A stretch of DNA of 64,000 bases from Escherichia coli (GCF_024223415.1 NZ_CP100503.1); one strand, 5' to 3'; counted from the first letter of the stretch, positions 45,787 through 56,127 are shown. Notes: generated from the sequence alone by a model not told the origin. Numbers and translations are program-made.

Positions 45787-45884
45787 CTACCTCAATAATT
45801 GTAGTTTATTAGAACATTAATAATCTAACATAAAACTCCAGACAATGTTATCGATGCATGTTTATATAAAATAGTTATAAAAAA

Positions 45885-45900
45885 AGCTCCCGAAGGAGCT
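45885..45900 (-). terminator. Hairpin AGCTCC-CGAA-GGAGCT with A-run before (T-run on minus strand)
   Basis: Downstream of the minus-strand structural operon ending at 45922. Confidence 0.5.
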
Positions 45901-45921
45901 TTAAAATACAAGGGATGACTC

Positions 45922-46431
45922 TTAATCCCACTCAATCCAGTTGTAGACGATACGAAGTGACGGGCGCACAGCGGCAGTCACATCTTCGGTACTAAAGTCG
46001 ATTGCATCACTGTAGATTTTGCAGTCCAACATTTCAATTGTTGTAGCAGCTTTTGTCACAGCGTTAACCCCGGAAGATTTGGATTCAGGGGTCGCAGCCA
46101 TCGTGATATCAACATAGTCCTTCGCCGCAATGCGATCCTTGATGAACTGAAGAATATCGCCTTCGATAGTCTCCACGCACTGGACCTGGATTTCCCCAGA
46201 GTTTCGAATTGGTCCGTGCTGGTTGAACTTCACACCATTCGGACCATAGTCCTCCACATCCTCGCGGGTCATTTCAGGAATTTGCGACGTGCGAACCAGT
46301 ACGCTGATATCTTCATGGCCTGCAAAAGTGAGCTGGAATTCAGAAGATACCAGTCGTTCGCCTTTGGCCGCGTTGGCAGTATAGCGGCCCTTAATAAATT
46401 TACGGTTTCCCTTAGTGTTATTGTGCCCCAT
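45922..46431 (-). CDS. Putative tail-tube-like structural protein (169 aa)
   Basis: Size and position after the sheath-like gene; weak resemblance only. Confidence 0.35.
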   Translation of the reverse strand: MGHNNTKGNRKFIKGRYTANAAKGERLVSSEFQLTFAGHEDISVLVRTSQIPEMTREDVEDYGPNGVKFNQHGPIRNSGEIQVQCVETIEGDILQFIKDRIAAKDYVDITMAATPESKSSGVNAVTKAATTIEMLDCKIYSDAIDFSTEDVTAAVRPSLRIVYNWIEWD

Positions 46432-46442
46432 ATAAAATCCTT

Positions 46443-47024
46443 TTACTGGAACGCCCGAACAATATCGGAGCTGTTATATATCGAAGAACCGGTCAACTGG
46501 AGGTTGACGGTGTTTTTCAGGAAATGCCCATTGCTGTCCCTGGGCGCATCGAGATCGAAACTTATGTCCTGGATAGCGACATCAATGATGTTGATCCGGC
46601 GACCAATGTTTAGCGTCACACGCTCCGGGATTCGACCACCAATACTGGCATCTTTGAGTTCCGGGCTAATCATCGCTGACAATGCGGCGATAGCTCCTGA
46701 AACCTCCGTGAATGGGTCAAACAAAGCGATGAAAGTTACTGGCAGCGTGAAAGTCGGCGGTGTTCCCCCTTCCCAAACCATTAAGCTGTTCCAACGAGCA
46801 ACAGACGTTGTTTCAGTACCAACCTGCGCAAAACCACTGAAGGCACCAGCAACAGAACCCATGGACATACCAGTAAAAGGTGCTTCCCAATTCTGGGCCA
46901 TGTTCATTGCCGCCCCCTGGCTGATATATCCGGTAACCTGGTACTGAGAGTTCGTTAAAGTAACTTTCAGAAATGGCGATACACCGTCAGCCTGGCTGTA
47001 AACCCCATAAGGTATAGGTGCCAT
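46443..47024 (-). CDS. Hypothetical structural protein (193 aa)
   Basis: ORF in structural operon. Confidence 0.4.
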   Translation of the reverse strand: MAPIPYGVYSQADGVSPFLKVTLTNSQYQVTGYISQGAAMNMAQNWEAPFTGMSMGSVAGAFSGFAQVGTETTSVARWNSLMVWEGGTPPTFTLPVTFIALFDPFTEVSGAIAALSAMISPELKDASIGGRIPERVTLNIGRRINIIDVAIQDISFDLDAPRDSNGHFLKNTVNLQLTGSSIYNSSDIVRAFQ

Positions 47025-47059
47025 TCAAGTTAAAGGCCGGAGTTCTCCGGCCTCCTCCT

Positions 47060-47875
47060 TTAGCCGAGGCGCTTACGGCGCAGTTTCATTGACTTTTTGC
47101 GGGCCAGTTTTGCCGCGCCGGTCTGGGCTTTACGACGCGCTTTTTTCAGCGCCGATTTTTGAGCCGCAGTCAGACGTTTTTTACGCAGGCGTTTACGGAT
47201 GAGTTTGATCTCACCGTTACGAACAACCTTCTTAAATGCTTCAGTCAGCATTTCATCAGAAGTGCCAGCAACAACAAACGCCGCTTCCAGTTCGTCACGG
47301 TCGTCGCTATCTAAACCAGCGATAGAGGCACCAACATCAGCAGCTGCGTCGTCGTCTTCATCGTCAGCCAGTGCTTCGATCAGGTCATCATCTACACCGC
47401 ATGCTGCGAGGAAGTCAGCAACATTTGCCCATGCTTCGTTATAGGCATCGTCCTGTTCTTCTGTAACTTCGGAGTCGTCGTCATCAGAGATACCAGCGAT
47501 AGCCTGAACGAAACCATCAAGGGAGTCGAAAGTCAGATCACCGCTATCAGCCCAGGCGAAAACGGCGTCGGCCGCATCACTCAACGCATTCTGCATAGCA
47601 CTTCGATTTGCAGCTTCCAGAATCATCTGGTGCGCCTGTTCGACGGTCCATTCTTTACCGTCTTTCCCTTCCAGGATTTGCTCAGGAGCCGGGGCAGATG
47701 GAACGTTATCGTTAGTCTGTGCCGCCGGTTCCGGATTATTATTAATAACCGGATCTGTTGGCGGTTCGGCGCTTGCTCGGGCAGACTCCATCAGCTGCAC
47801 AGGATCAGAGTTCAAAGCGAAACGGGACAGTCCATTCCCCAAAAATGCCCCGGATTGAAAAAAGTTTTTGCTCAT
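47060..47875 (-). CDS. Acidic protein with strongly basic C-terminal tail (271 aa)
   Basis: Asp/Glu-rich body, C-terminal KRLRKKRL...RRKRLG. Confidence 0.4.
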   Translation of the reverse strand: MSKNFFQSGAFLGNGLSRFALNSDPVQLMESARASAEPPTDPVINNNPEPAAQTNDNVPSAPAPEQILEGKDGKEWTVEQAHQMILEAANRSAMQNALSDAADAVFAWADSGDLTFDSLDGFVQAIAGISDDDDSEVTEEQDDAYNEAWANVADFLAACGVDDDLIEALADDEDDDAAADVGASIAGLDSDDRDELEAAFVVAGTSDEMLTEAFKKVVRNGEIKLIRKRLRKKRLTAAQKSALKKARRKAQTGAAKLARKKSMKLRRKRLG

Positions 47876-47884
47876 TGTATTCCC

Positions 47885-49474
47885 TTACTTAATAAGCAGC
47901 GGTACGCCCTGGATACGACGGGCTACGCCAGTCGGGCAGCAGGCCCAGACTACTTCCCATTTATCGAATTCCGCCTGCGTAACTTTCAGCACATACGGTT
48001 CTGTACCGTCAGCATCGGGATCACGAGGAGCCACCAGAGCGCCGGAGGCGACAAAGCGATCTAAAAGTTTGGTCATCCCTTTAGTCAGGCCAGCCGCAGT
48101 AATACCGTCCGGGCTATGCTTCATCTGTCGGGCTAACTGGACAAAGAAACGGCTGATTGCATTCATCAGGGATGGGACGTGCTGGAAGTGCAGATAGTTA
48201 TCCTGCGTGCAGCAAGTTAAAGCATCGTCGATGATCATCTGGCCAGAGGTGCCAACAGATACTTTATTGAGACGGCCCTTGACCATTGCTTCTTCGTCCG
48301 GGGTATCTTCCGGATACAGCGGTTGAATTGACGCACGAGCAATGACGGCACGTTCTTCACCAGCCGGTGAGTAATGCCAACCGCCGACATCAGAGTTTTT
48401 CTTGACGCCATGAGCTTTCGCCGCATACGCCACGCCAGACAGACCAAAGACCACACGGGATTGGGTCCATTTGTCTTTGCAGGAGAACGGATAGTGATAG
48501 AAAGAACAGCTTACATAATCGGTACCAAGTAAACCGGTATCTTCAACAGCAGACAGCGCTTCCGTATACGTCAATGTCGGTTTGACATCAAAGAAGCCAT
48601 CAATCAGGCGATCAGAACAGATATTACCTAACGCGGTGATAGCCGCATTGTCATAGCAGCCCAGGCCAAGAACAGCGGTGTACATGTACGGCGCATTGTT
48701 CAGCACTTTCACCGCACGCAGGTACGCAGCGGTTGAGATTTTCGACTGATCACCGTTGGTACCACCAGTGAACGCCAACGATTTTTTGTTTGTTACTTTC
48801 GCTGTAGAAATCAGATCTTCATTAACAACCGCGCGCAGATATTTAGAACGGGCTTCCAGAGCCGTAGGCAGATAACACAAGCGGCCCATATCATCTTTCG
48901 CTTCTTCCGCCAAAGACACAGTGTGTGTCTCCAGGGTCGTTACCACGCCGAGCGAAGTCGTCTGGGTCAGTTTCAGGAGGAAGCGTTCATTACCTGCGCT
49001 GTCCGCTGTTGCCATTTCGATGGTTAACTCACGGGTAGGTGAAATACACGGATCACCATCATCAACGTAGATAGCAAAGGCTTCGCCGCTATCAAGTTCA
49101 ATTTCAGAACCGTATGGCAACGCACTGTAAGCCGGTTCGCCTGATTCATCGAACATAATAACCGGGAACTTCGCATCATCCGGAACAGCACGGACAACAT
49201 AACCAGACGTTTGCTGAATAGCTTCGTATACATGGCGAATTGGTTCGAACTGTGAGCCGGAAGACGGCTTCAGCGGTTCGCCGAGAACATCTTCGTAATT
49301 GGACTCAGTAACCGCAAGAACAGTAAACGGCTTGCCACGCGCAAATACGCCAATACCAGCCCACAAGCTGCTATTTAATGCAACACCGGTAGATAACATC
49401 GCATCGGTATTGATCGGGCTAACCGCGACGCCGGATGCATTACCTAATGACTGTTGAATTGAATATTGAGACAT
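47885..49474 (-). CDS. Putative contractile tail sheath protein (529 aa; P1 gene 22 position)
   Basis: Size (about 57 kDa) and position next to the head-protein-like gene. Confidence 0.4.
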   Translation of the reverse strand: MSQYSIQQSLGNASGVAVSPINTDAMLSTGVALNSSLWAGIGVFARGKPFTVLAVTESNYEDVLGEPLKPSSGSQFEPIRHVYEAIQQTSGYVVRAVPDDAKFPVIMFDESGEPAYSALPYGSEIELDSGEAFAIYVDDGDPCISPTRELTIEMATADSAGNERFLLKLTQTTSLGVVTTLETHTVSLAEEAKDDMGRLCYLPTALEARSKYLRAVVNEDLISTAKVTNKKSLAFTGGTNGDQSKISTAAYLRAVKVLNNAPYMYTAVLGLGCYDNAAITALGNICSDRLIDGFFDVKPTLTYTEALSAVEDTGLLGTDYVSCSFYHYPFSCKDKWTQSRVVFGLSGVAYAAKAHGVKKNSDVGGWHYSPAGEERAVIARASIQPLYPEDTPDEEAMVKGRLNKVSVGTSGQMIIDDALTCCTQDNYLHFQHVPSLMNAISRFFVQLARQMKHSPDGITAAGLTKGMTKLLDRFVASGALVAPRDPDADGTEPYVLKVTQAEFDKWEVVWACCPTGVARRIQGVPLLIK

Positions 49475-49534
49475 AACTTTCCCTGTTATGCGCCCCGCAC
49501 GGGGGCGCTATGTTAAACGGAGAACTTCCCCTGA

Positions 49535-51262
49535 TTACTCAGAGTCACCGGCATCAATCGTGTCGCCGCTTATGAAGTTAAGCCCGCCTTTTTTGGCCAT
49601 TGTCAGCGTTACACGAGTGAAGTAATCAGCGCCGTTGCGTGGGTGCATATCGTTGATAGCCGAACCCCACAGCGTGGTACGGTTGACCAGCGCCGGAGTG
49701 GTCGGATGCTGGAACGGGATGGCCGGGACAGCATCACCAGTCACGAAGCCTGCTTTACCCGGATTTTCATCACGGACGTAGCACAGCACATCCATCGAGC
49801 TGAACTGAATGTTCTCTGTCGTTAAGTTCTTACAAATACCAGCAGGTACTTCGTACACTTTCACGTTACCGAACAGGGTACCGATGTAGTGAACATACGG
49901 AGTCTGGATATAGTCTTCGGCTGGCTGGAAGAAATCCTTCGGCAACTGTTTGAAGAAAGATGCTGCATCAGCACCAGCAAACATCCCCATCGCACCAGAA
50001 GATTTAACGCGCTCAATAATGTCGCGATATACAGTCTGGAATTTGCCACGAATGATGGTTGCCCATACATCAAAGGACTGGTTAACCGGCAGAGCGATGT
50101 CAAAGGTGTCGTTCGCAAGAGTACGCCAGATCATGATGCGAAGACGCAGCATATCCTGTTCATGAGACAGGTATTCCTTCAGGGTGCGGAACTGTAGGGA
50201 ACCCAGGTCCAGACCAAATTCACGCTGTGCTTCATACGCCGCCTGTACCGTGTGCTCAGCCGCGATAACGAACTGGCTTGGGAACAGGGTGTATTTCTTC
50301 ATTTCGTGGTTGATCAGCGGGATCAGCTCAGGAGCGGCTTCAATATTGATTTCCGTCTCAATTGCGATCTCAGTGCCTTTATCCGGCGCTTTGGAGAACG
50401 ACAGGGCAATCTGACCAATGTTGTAGTTCAGAGAGCAGGTAACAGTGATTTGCTCACCAGCAGCATTAGTAAACGAGTGAAGTAGGCTGCCGGAACCGTT
50501 ATCAACAACAGACTTAATACGGTTAACGTAGATATTAGTGCGACCTTTTCGGATTGGTACATTCTGGCCTTCGAAGTCTTCCATCTTGAAGGTTGCGGTT
50601 TTGCTGGTGCCATCGGAGCTTGCCACCAGCACATAGCGGCGGCGTAACTGGCTGTACACACCGACGGATTGCATGTCCAGAACATCACCAGCAGCATAAG
50701 AACCAAAAGAGGAACCTGCCACGTTAAAGACTTCATAGATGTCGGACTGGTCACGCGTAACCGGAATGAAGGTACACGCATCAGCGGTAGCTGCCCCCAA
50801 CTGAACAGGCAGGATCATCGCGAGGAATAAAGGCAGACGCATAACACCGTCAGAAACGCTCATCATCTCTGCTGCGACGGATTCCAGCATCGCTTTATTA
50901 GTGGCATCCATGCTATTGCGGGTAGACTCAATCAGGCAGTTTTCCAGCGTCTGGTGGCAGGAGGCCAGAATTTCCGGACGCGGCATAGATTTATGTGCTG
51001 CGGCGTAGTCAGCCAGTGCACTTGCCCACGCTGTAGCGATTTGAGCGGTGGCATTATCAGAGATACCCGCAAAAACCGGGTCTTTACGTGCAGCTTCAAG
51101 GATAGATGCGGCACGCGCGGCATCATCTTTAATGAATTGGTTATCAGTACCGAACTGCGCAGTGCTTGCCCAGCCAAGCACAGCTTTAGAGCGTTTTGCG
51201 ATATCTGCAATACGATTCTGGTATTCGCGTAAGTTACTCAATTTACTCTTCCTTAAACACAA
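49535..51262 (-). CDS. Putative major head protein (575 aa; P1 gene 23 position next to parS)
   Basis: Size and position adjacent to parS as in P1. Confidence 0.4.
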   Translation of the reverse strand: MCLRKSKLSNLREYQNRIADIAKRSKAVLGWASTAQFGTDNQFIKDDAARAASILEAARKDPVFAGISDNATAQIATAWASALADYAAAHKSMPRPEILASCHQTLENCLIESTRNSMDATNKAMLESVAAEMMSVSDGVMRLPLFLAMILPVQLGAATADACTFIPVTRDQSDIYEVFNVAGSSFGSYAAGDVLDMQSVGVYSQLRRRYVLVASSDGTSKTATFKMEDFEGQNVPIRKGRTNIYVNRIKSVVDNGSGSLLHSFTNAAGEQITVTCSLNYNIGQIALSFSKAPDKGTEIAIETEINIEAAPELIPLINHEMKKYTLFPSQFVIAAEHTVQAAYEAQREFGLDLGSLQFRTLKEYLSHEQDMLRLRIMIWRTLANDTFDIALPVNQSFDVWATIIRGKFQTVYRDIIERVKSSGAMGMFAGADAASFFKQLPKDFFQPAEDYIQTPYVHYIGTLFGNVKVYEVPAGICKNLTTENIQFSSMDVLCYVRDENPGKAGFVTGDAVPAIPFQHPTTPALVNRTTLWGSAINDMHPRNGADYFTRVTLTMAKKGGLNFISGDTIDAGDSE

Positions 51263-51379
51263 GGCACTTGTGTGAATCCCTTTTCGGAAGAGATTTTATT
51301 GAAAGTCACTTGTTGACTTTCTCGTGACAAGCAATTTTTTTATTTTTTTCGGGAGTAGGGGAGGAAGGTAAAATCCAAG

Positions 51380-51465
51380 GTGAAATCGTGGCGATTTCAC
51401 CTTGAAATTTTAGATGGATTTACTTTAAAAACAGTAGGTTAATAGTGAAATTTGAATGGCGAAAG
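51380..51465. other. parS centromere (ParB box A heptamers ATTTCAC/ATTTCAA and box B hexamers TCGCCA)
   Basis: GTGAAATCGTGGCGATTTCACCTTGAAATTT and TAGTGAAATTTGAATGGCGAAAG, with an AT-rich IHF-like region between; directly downstream of parB. Confidence 0.75.
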
Positions 51466-51466
51466 T

Positions 51467-52468
51467 TTAAGGCTTCGGCTTTTTATCGAGGCTCTTTCTA
51501 AGGATATGCCCAATCATCCTGTCGAGTTCTTCCTGTAGCTCTTTTGAAAGTCGATTAAACTCATAAGAAAATGCACGGCCTTTCACGCGCTTCCTTGCAA
51601 AGCGATCCTTGTCCTCAAATTTCCATAATTCAGTAACTACGGACTTATCTTTAGAACCTTTATCCGTGAGTAGTGAGGCTTCCTTTGTTATCAAGCGCAG
51701 GATTTTATTTTTAACTTCATCTTCGGCCATTTCTTCAATGGATAAGATGTCGTTTATTTCCGGGGATATGTTTTGAATAAGCTGATCAAACTCTAAATTC
51801 TTGTTCCCCATTTCGTCGCCAACAGCACAAAGCGTTTTGTAGTCCGAAAAGGTTAATTCCGACTGCACAGGGAAAAGGGCGACTAATTCTTCCGGAGCAC
51901 TCGCTGCCTGGAGAGCACGCGTGACCTTCGCCTGAGACAGCCCTTCTTTGGCTGCAATATCCTTCTGACTCATCCCATCATTTTTCATTCGCATCAAACG
52001 CAGACCTATTTCTCGAATGCTGTGCTGCAATGCTGTCTGAACGTCTTTCGCTAAATTTTGCGCTTCCTGAACGCTGATCTCCTGGTCCGTGACTAAAACC
52101 CGCAACCCTACGTTCTCTAAGATGGCAGAAGCTCGACGCCGGGAACCATCCAAAATTTCAATTTTCCCTGTAGCCTGTCTAACACCTATTGCAGGGTAAA
52201 ATTGCTGATGCTTAATAGTGCTTCGGATACTTTTTAATGATTTTGGCGTAAGAGATGCCTGGTCACGCCCGTTGTTATGCTGATCAACAAAGGTATCGCT
52301 TTCTACCTGGTTCGGAGGTATTACCTCTTCAATAAATGTGGCCTGGCGACCAGTTGATAACTTGAATACCTGCTCGACTCGATCGCCAGAGGCTGAAGAA
52401 CTATCAAATCCGCTTAATATTGAAGGATTAAGGGTTCGCCCAATTGTTGGTCTGTTTTTCTTTGACAT
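51467..52468 (-). CDS. parB: Partition protein ParB (333 aa)
   Basis: Length and parA-parB-parS order as in P1; HTH region. Confidence 0.85.
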   Translation of the reverse strand: MSKKNRPTIGRTLNPSILSGFDSSSASGDRVEQVFKLSTGRQATFIEEVIPPNQVESDTFVDQHNNGRDQASLTPKSLKSIRSTIKHQQFYPAIGVRQATGKIEILDGSRRRASAILENVGLRVLVTDQEISVQEAQNLAKDVQTALQHSIREIGLRLMRMKNDGMSQKDIAAKEGLSQAKVTRALQAASAPEELVALFPVQSELTFSDYKTLCAVGDEMGNKNLEFDQLIQNISPEINDILSIEEMAEDEVKNKILRLITKEASLLTDKGSKDKSVVTELWKFEDKDRFARKRVKGRAFSYEFNRLSKELQEELDRMIGHILRKSLDKKPKP

Positions 52469-52484
52469 GGGGGTTTCTTACTCC

Positions 52485-53681
52485 TCAGTTAGATCTGATA
52501 AATTCAATACGGTCAAAAACTGCTTTAGCAAAATCTTCCGCAGCAATTCGCGCGTTCTTCAATGCATCAGCACTACCAACATACGTTGCCGGGTTAGCTG
52601 AAATAACAGTGTCAAAAGACTCGCCGCAGCGTTCAAAACCGTCAAGGCGAGGGAGGACGACATCAAGCATATCCCCACCGAACACTTCTTTAGCCAGGCT
52701 ATGGCAATACTTATGGTCTGCCTTGTTACTCAACTTGGACATAAAACCAATGTTAGTCGCAAGCTGGCACTCGCAGCCTTCATCCGAAATGAGTTTCACC
52801 AACTCAGGAAGGCGAGCAACATATTTAAGCGATGAGTGGAAATCAACCGTTGCAGGCGGCAGAGGTGTAAACAGTATATTGGCCGAGGCCAAAGCATTTT
52901 TCAGGAAGGCGTCAAGGTGAGGACCACTATCAACGAGGATAAAGTCATAATCGCTCTTCAGCTTATCAATCACATTTTCTTTCAGGACTGCATGGATGTT
53001 CTGACCCGGTAGATGCTCATTGCACAGCTCTCTCCAATCGGATGCAATAAAGGCATCGTCAATCGACGCAGGCATAACGTCAACCCCAGGTACAACAGAA
53101 GGAACAATAAACTCCTCTAACAGCTCTTCACGGCTTACATTCTGCAACATAGCCTGTGCAGATGTTGCGTTTACGATACCAATAGAGTGTTTATGGCTTA
53201 AAAACATCGTTGCTGAAGATTGCGGATCAAGGTCAATAACCAGAATCCTTAAATCTTCCATCAGAAGATGAGGGTGAGCACGCATTGCATGCGCCAGAGA
53301 AACCGTCGATACAGTTTTTGACACACCGCCTTTAAGATTGGAGATGAAAATCACATACGCTTCGCTGTAGCGATCCCGGTATTTTGGCACTCCGCGATGT
53401 TCATATATGTCAATGATGTTCTGAATTGACATCGCATATTTCATTGAAGAGCCAGCAGGGCGTTTATCGAAAACATAACCCTTTTCTTCCATTTCACTTA
53501 CGGCATAGTCAACGTTCGCTCGAGTCAGTAGAGGCAATTTTGCCAGTGCCGCTTTCGCATAGACTTGGTAAAACTCGTTCGCGTGTAGCTCATCCTTTTG
53601 CAACTGTACTTGTTCAGTCAGAACATTGAGCATTCTGTTTGCTCTTTGAGCAACCTTGTGAAGCTGGCTGGAATCACTCAT
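52485..53681 (-). CDS. parA: Partition ATPase ParA (398 aa, type Ia with N-terminal DNA-binding extension)
   Basis: Deviant Walker A KGGVSKT; length matches P1 ParA. Confidence 0.85.
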   Translation of the reverse strand: MSDSSQLHKVAQRANRMLNVLTEQVQLQKDELHANEFYQVYAKAALAKLPLLTRANVDYAVSEMEEKGYVFDKRPAGSSMKYAMSIQNIIDIYEHRGVPKYRDRYSEAYVIFISNLKGGVSKTVSTVSLAHAMRAHPHLLMEDLRILVIDLDPQSSATMFLSHKHSIGIVNATSAQAMLQNVSREELLEEFIVPSVVPGVDVMPASIDDAFIASDWRELCNEHLPGQNIHAVLKENVIDKLKSDYDFILVDSGPHLDAFLKNALASANILFTPLPPATVDFHSSLKYVARLPELVKLISDEGCECQLATNIGFMSKLSNKADHKYCHSLAKEVFGGDMLDVVLPRLDGFERCGESFDTVISANPATYVGSADALKNARIAAEDFAKAVFDRIEFIRSN

Positions 53682-53727
53682 CGAAAGTCATCCTTTATGC
53701 TGTATTTTTGAATTTACTTAAAAATGC

Positions 53728-53750
53728 TGCATAAAATAATAATGTATGCA
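53728..53750. promoter_or_regulatory. par operon operator palindrome TGCATAAAATAATAATGTATGCA
   Basis: Inverted repeat about 45 bp upstream of parA start. Confidence 0.5.
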
Positions 53751-53821
53751 CAGATGCTTGTACATAGCATTCTCTGCATGTTTGGTTCATTTTGCACGAT
53801 TGAGAGTTACAAGGAGGACAC

Positions 53822-53842
53822 AAAAAAGCCCCGTTCAGGGGC
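53822..53842 (-). terminator. Rho-independent terminator candidate (GCCCC-loop-GGGGC, T-run on minus strand)
   Basis: Directly downstream of 53850..54659 gene. Confidence 0.55.
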
Positions 53843-53849
53843 ATCAGTG

Positions 53850-54659
53850 TTATTTGCTAAGAGCAGCGAATAATCGTTCGAAATCGATAGTATCTATAGC
53901 ACGCGTAAGCGCCGGAAGTTCAGTCTCAAAGTACCCGTGTCGATCGTAAAAGAAGGGACCGAAGAGCGAGGCATGTTGGATTCTACTTCGCCCCAGCCCG
54001 GACACACAGTTAAGCCCATTACCGGCTAAAAGGCTAAAAAACTTCTCTGGATTATCGTGGTAAAGCTGGGAATCAATGGTGGCGGTTAACTCTTCCATAG
54101 GGAAGCACACCCGCCCTGTCTCCCAGGGATATTTAGTCCGAAGCATAAACACTGCTTTCAGCAATTCACATTGAGCGCGGATCGCGTCCGGTTCATAGCC
54201 AGATATGGAGACATAAGCCACGTCCCTCATTCCTGCGTCATCTTTGAAAGTCACGATAGAAGTAACATCCAACTCTTTTTCGAAAGAGCGAGCAGCATCT
54301 ACTGGACGCTGAAGTAAATCATTCGACTTAATGCGCTCGAGAATCCCTCCCCACATATCATTTAGATATTCGATATGAGCCAAAACCTTATCAAGACACT
54401 CTCGTGTAAACCATTCAGTATGCCCGCCACCGGCGCTTTTCTCCCACGGCGCATTCCAGGGGAAAAAGGTTGCGTGTAAAGCCCGCTCAAGATTAACTAT
54501 TGCCAAACGCGTACCACGATAGACCCGTGAAAGCGCAAAATCGGGACTCACTTGTAGCCCTTTAAACCGTGCCAATGGACCACATGAAATGCCGATTTTA
54601 AAAGTATCTCCATTCTCCGGCACCAGAACGTAGAGGTAGTGTTGTTTCTCTTCTTGCAT
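53850..54659 (-). CDS. Hypothetical protein (269 aa) with GIY-YIG-like N-terminal motif
   Basis: N-terminus HYLYVLVPENGDTFKIGIS...R resembles GIY-(10 aa)-YIG; own terminator; sits between parA promoter and repA iterons. Confidence 0.4.
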   Translation of the reverse strand: MQEEKQHYLYVLVPENGDTFKIGISCGPLARFKGLQVSPDFALSRVYRGTRLAIVNLERALHATFFPWNAPWEKSAGGGHTEWFTRECLDKVLAHIEYLNDMWGGILERIKSNDLLQRPVDAARSFEKELDVTSIVTFKDDAGMRDVAYVSISGYEPDAIRAQCELLKAVFMLRTKYPWETGRVCFPMEELTATIDSQLYHDNPEKFFSLLAGNGLNCVSGLGRSRIQHASLFGPFFYDRHGYFETELPALTRAIDTIDFERLFAALSK

Positions 54660-54693
54660 ATCAATACCACTGCTTGATGAGAACCGCGCAAAT

Positions 54694-54950
54694 GTTGACT
54701 ATGCGCGAAAGTTAATGTGAATAGTTGACTATGCGCGATGTGACTACAGTAAAAAGTTGACTGTAGTCGATTTAACTCCACCAAAGATCGACTATGTAAG
54801 ATATTGTCGGGAGAAACGTTGACTATACGCGATGAAATGACCCTAAAAGCCATCTCAATAGCGACTTGCAGAATATTGACGCCAGCAAAAATCCACCAGC
54901 GTCAACGAATGTCGCCTATAGTCAACTTCTCGCTATCGCATATAGTCAAT
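54694..54950. repeat. Iteron cluster downstream of repA (incA-like): GTTGACTATGCGCGA-type repeats in both orientations
   Basis: At least 5 direct copies (54694, 54724, 54756, 54787, 54818) and 2 inverted (54912, 54936). Confidence 0.7.
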
Positions 54951-54951
54951 A

Positions 54952-55893
54952 TTATGGATTACGCTTATGGATCTGGAAGCCGATTTTCCTGCCGTTTTTT
55001 ATCTCTGAAAATTTAAGATATTCAATAGCTTCCAAATCTTTCATGGCTTTTCTGATAACGCTATTTTGCACGCTAACGGATGATTTGAGATTAAGCCTTG
55101 CTCTAAGGCGCTCAATGCTGACAGGTGCCGGGTTGGCGGGTAGAGCCTCAAAGAATGTATACAGTACCTTGGCCGTCTCTTTGCGCCCGAGCTTATCCAG
55201 CATCTTCAGCTTCAGGATTCGCTTATAGTCAACATAGTAAAGTTCAGATAGCTGTTTCTGCGGCTGGATCTCGATAACATCAAGCTCGGTATTCAGGCTG
55301 CTATATGCCAACAAGTTGACGTTAATGTTATTGAGATGACCTTTTGCCGCCGGGAAGCGGAATTTGACAACTGTCTGCTGAATGCGTGTCAGAGAGTCAT
55401 CAATACTTTTACGGAACGCCTTTGAAAGGCGCTTACGTGGATAGCCGCATCGATCGGCAAACTCGGAGAATGGCAGGGTGATTATGCCGTCATCATCAGG
55501 TGCGTAGTCAAACAACGCGGAGGTTATGCCCACCCACACCTTAAAATCAGTATCCATATCCAGGCGTGGACCATGAATTTCAATTCCCTCATAGCCTTCC
55601 TGCTCAACAATTTTGAGGCTTGATAGTTCTTCGGTTGCGTTCGTTGTGTTTGTAGTAACTGACGATCCGCGACGTAGTGCCACATTGGTAGATTTTAAGG
55701 TTGGCACAAACACACCTAAGCGCAACAAAGCGATGGGTTGTATAGTGCTATTGTTATTGGGTTTCAGGCTGTGGATTTCTCCTGTATTTCCTGCAACTTC
55801 TTCAACGCTAAGGAAGCCTTTATTTTCTTCCGGCATCGTGGTTTCTCCATATGTGGCGCGGCCTGGCGTCATCTGGATTGCAGTTATCAACAA
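54952..55893 (-). CDS. repA: Iteron-binding plasmid replication initiator RepA (313 aa; likely shorter true start)
   Basis: Flanked by iteron arrays on both sides; motifs QPIALLRLGVFVP and GPRLDMDTDFKVW resemble P1 RepA as I recall. Confidence 0.75.
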   Translation of the reverse strand: MLITAIQMTPGRATYGETTMPEENKGFLSVEEVAGNTGEIHSLKPNNNSTIQPIALLRLGVFVPTLKSTNVALRRGSSVTTNTTNATEELSSLKIVEQEGYEGIEIHGPRLDMDTDFKVWVGITSALFDYAPDDDGIITLPFSEFADRCGYPRKRLSKAFRKSIDDSLTRIQQTVVKFRFPAAKGHLNNINVNLLAYSSLNTELDVIEIQPQKQLSELYYVDYKRILKLKMLDKLGRKETAKVLYTFFEALPANPAPVSIERLRARLNLKSSVSVQNSVIRKAMKDLEAIEYLKFSEIKNGRKIGFQIHKRNP

Positions 55894-55916
55894 CTGTGAA
55901 TAGTCAGGCTCTAAAA

Positions 55917-56127
55917 TCGCGTACAGTCAATGTTTCTGTCGCGTATAGTCAACAATAAATCGCGTGCAGTCAACAATAAATCGTGCACAGTCAACATAAA
56001 ATCGCGTATAGTCAATGTTAATCCCATTTCAGGCCAGAAATGGCGCGGCTTACAGCGATCCGGGATCTTCTTTGGATCTTCCTGGGTTCTCTTTAGGATC
56101 TGTTTATTGGATCTATGCTGTGGATAA
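55917..56127. other. Plasmid origin (oriR-like): five 14-bp iterons at 21-22 bp spacing, five GATC sites and a consensus DnaA box
   Basis: Iterons TCGCGTAYAGTCAA at 55917, 55939, 55960, 55981, 56002; GATC at 56057, 56064, 56075, 56097, 56110; TGTGGATAA at 56119. Confidence 0.75.

Noticed and set aside
53850-54659. This ORF as an N-terminal extension or fragment of repA
   Set aside because: Separated from repA by the iteron array, has its own terminator and no RepA-like sequence.
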